The translations under genes were made by a program, and so were the position numbers. A stretch of DNA of 64,000 bases from Candidatus Limnocylindrus sp. (GTDB lineage Bacteria; Chloroflexota; Limnocylindria; Limnocylindrales; Limnocylindraceae). Positions 63,749 to 64,000 of the stretch are shown in pieces. The notes beneath the pieces were generated by a model. The model ran no database searches. It had not been told where the DNA came from and saw only the letters and a list, made by a program, of their open reading frames with translations. Position 1 is the stretch's first letter, and every line of letters starts with the position of its first letter. The DNA lies in NCBI GenBank assembly GCA_046081085.1, contig JBJTVF010000014.1, positions 14,207 through 78,206 on the forward strand, written 5' to 3'.

Positions 63749-64000
63749 CTAGGAGATCTCGCCGATGAAGGTGGCAAGCCGCTCCGCCGCCTCCTCCGCG
63801 TCGCCGCCCTCCGCCTGAATGGTTACTTGGCTCCCTGCAGACGCCCCGAGCTGCAGAACTCCGAGGATGGACTTCCCATCGGCCGTCCGATCACCGCAGG
63901 TCAGGCGGATCGCAGACTCGAAGCCCGCCGCCATTTGCACGAAGAGCGCCGCCGGGCGGGCGTGCAGCCCAACCCCCTCAGGTACAAGTACCGTTGCCTC
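63749..64000 (-). CDS. ptsH: Phosphocarrier protein HPr. The N-terminus runs off the right window edge.
   Basis: Manual translation through the edge gives ...VLVPEGVGLHARPAALFVQMAAGFESAIRLT... (His15 region GLHARPA). It ends ...GDAEEAAERLATFIGEIS. Confidence 0.8.
   Translation of the reverse strand, partial: EATVLVPEGVGLHARPAALFVQMAAGFESAIRLTCGDRTADGKSILGVLQLGASAGSQVTIQAEGGDAEEAAERLATFIGEIS

Overview
This is a 64 kb, high-GC window of densely packed core bacterial genome. Its gene order looks Actinobacteria-like. I found no mobile elements, CRISPR arrays or defence islands.

Genes in order along the window:
- polA (N-terminal 564 aa; the ORF runs off the left edge).
- An ECF sigma factor with an overlapping membrane anti-sigma factor.
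- Two tandem tRNA-Leu genes (CAA and TAA anticodons), followed by a small coiled-coil ORF.
- A UbiA/MenA-like prenyltransferase.
- dnaE, with a C-terminal extension.
- A CoA-binding protein.
- gatB, an aminotransferase, gatA, gatC and ligA, followed by pcrA.
- groES-groEL, preceded by a CIRCE operator.
- tatD, metG, a lone noncanonical ssb, rsmI and nadE.
- An orphan family-5 solute-binding lipoprotein.
- gcvT-gcvH, a Nudix hydrolase, acnA (TTG start) and tRNA-Val.
- A complete dcw cluster: mraZ, rsmH, ftsL, ftsI, murF, mraY, murD, ftsW, murG, murB, ddl, ftsQ, ftsA, ftsZ, yggS, yggT. It notably has no murE and no murC, and no sepF or divIVA.
- A type-A RNase P RNA that no ORF accounts for, sitting between the mraZ promoter (which carries MraZ-box repeats) and an unusual RNase HI fused to a PhnP-like MBL-fold phosphodiesterase.
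- sdhCDAB and sucCD.
- Methylmalonyl-CoA epimerase and a split-type B12 mutase large subunit.
- parA-parB.
- A hypothetical protein, tRNA-Asn and a small PLDc_N membrane protein.
- A split sugar phosphotransferase system (PTS): HPr (truncated at the right edge), EIIB, EIIA, a 160 nt structured spacer, then EIIC.

The points most worth a second look:
- The RNase H–MBL fusion immediately upstream of rnpB.
- The dcw cluster missing murE and murC.
- The structured leader and the palindrome inside the PTS cluster.
- The C-terminal extensions on dnaE, pcrA and parB.
- The noncanonical ssb.
- The orphan solute-binding protein.
- The tRNA-flanked small ORFs.

All functional calls come from reading the translations and recognising motifs by eye. 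No database searches were run.
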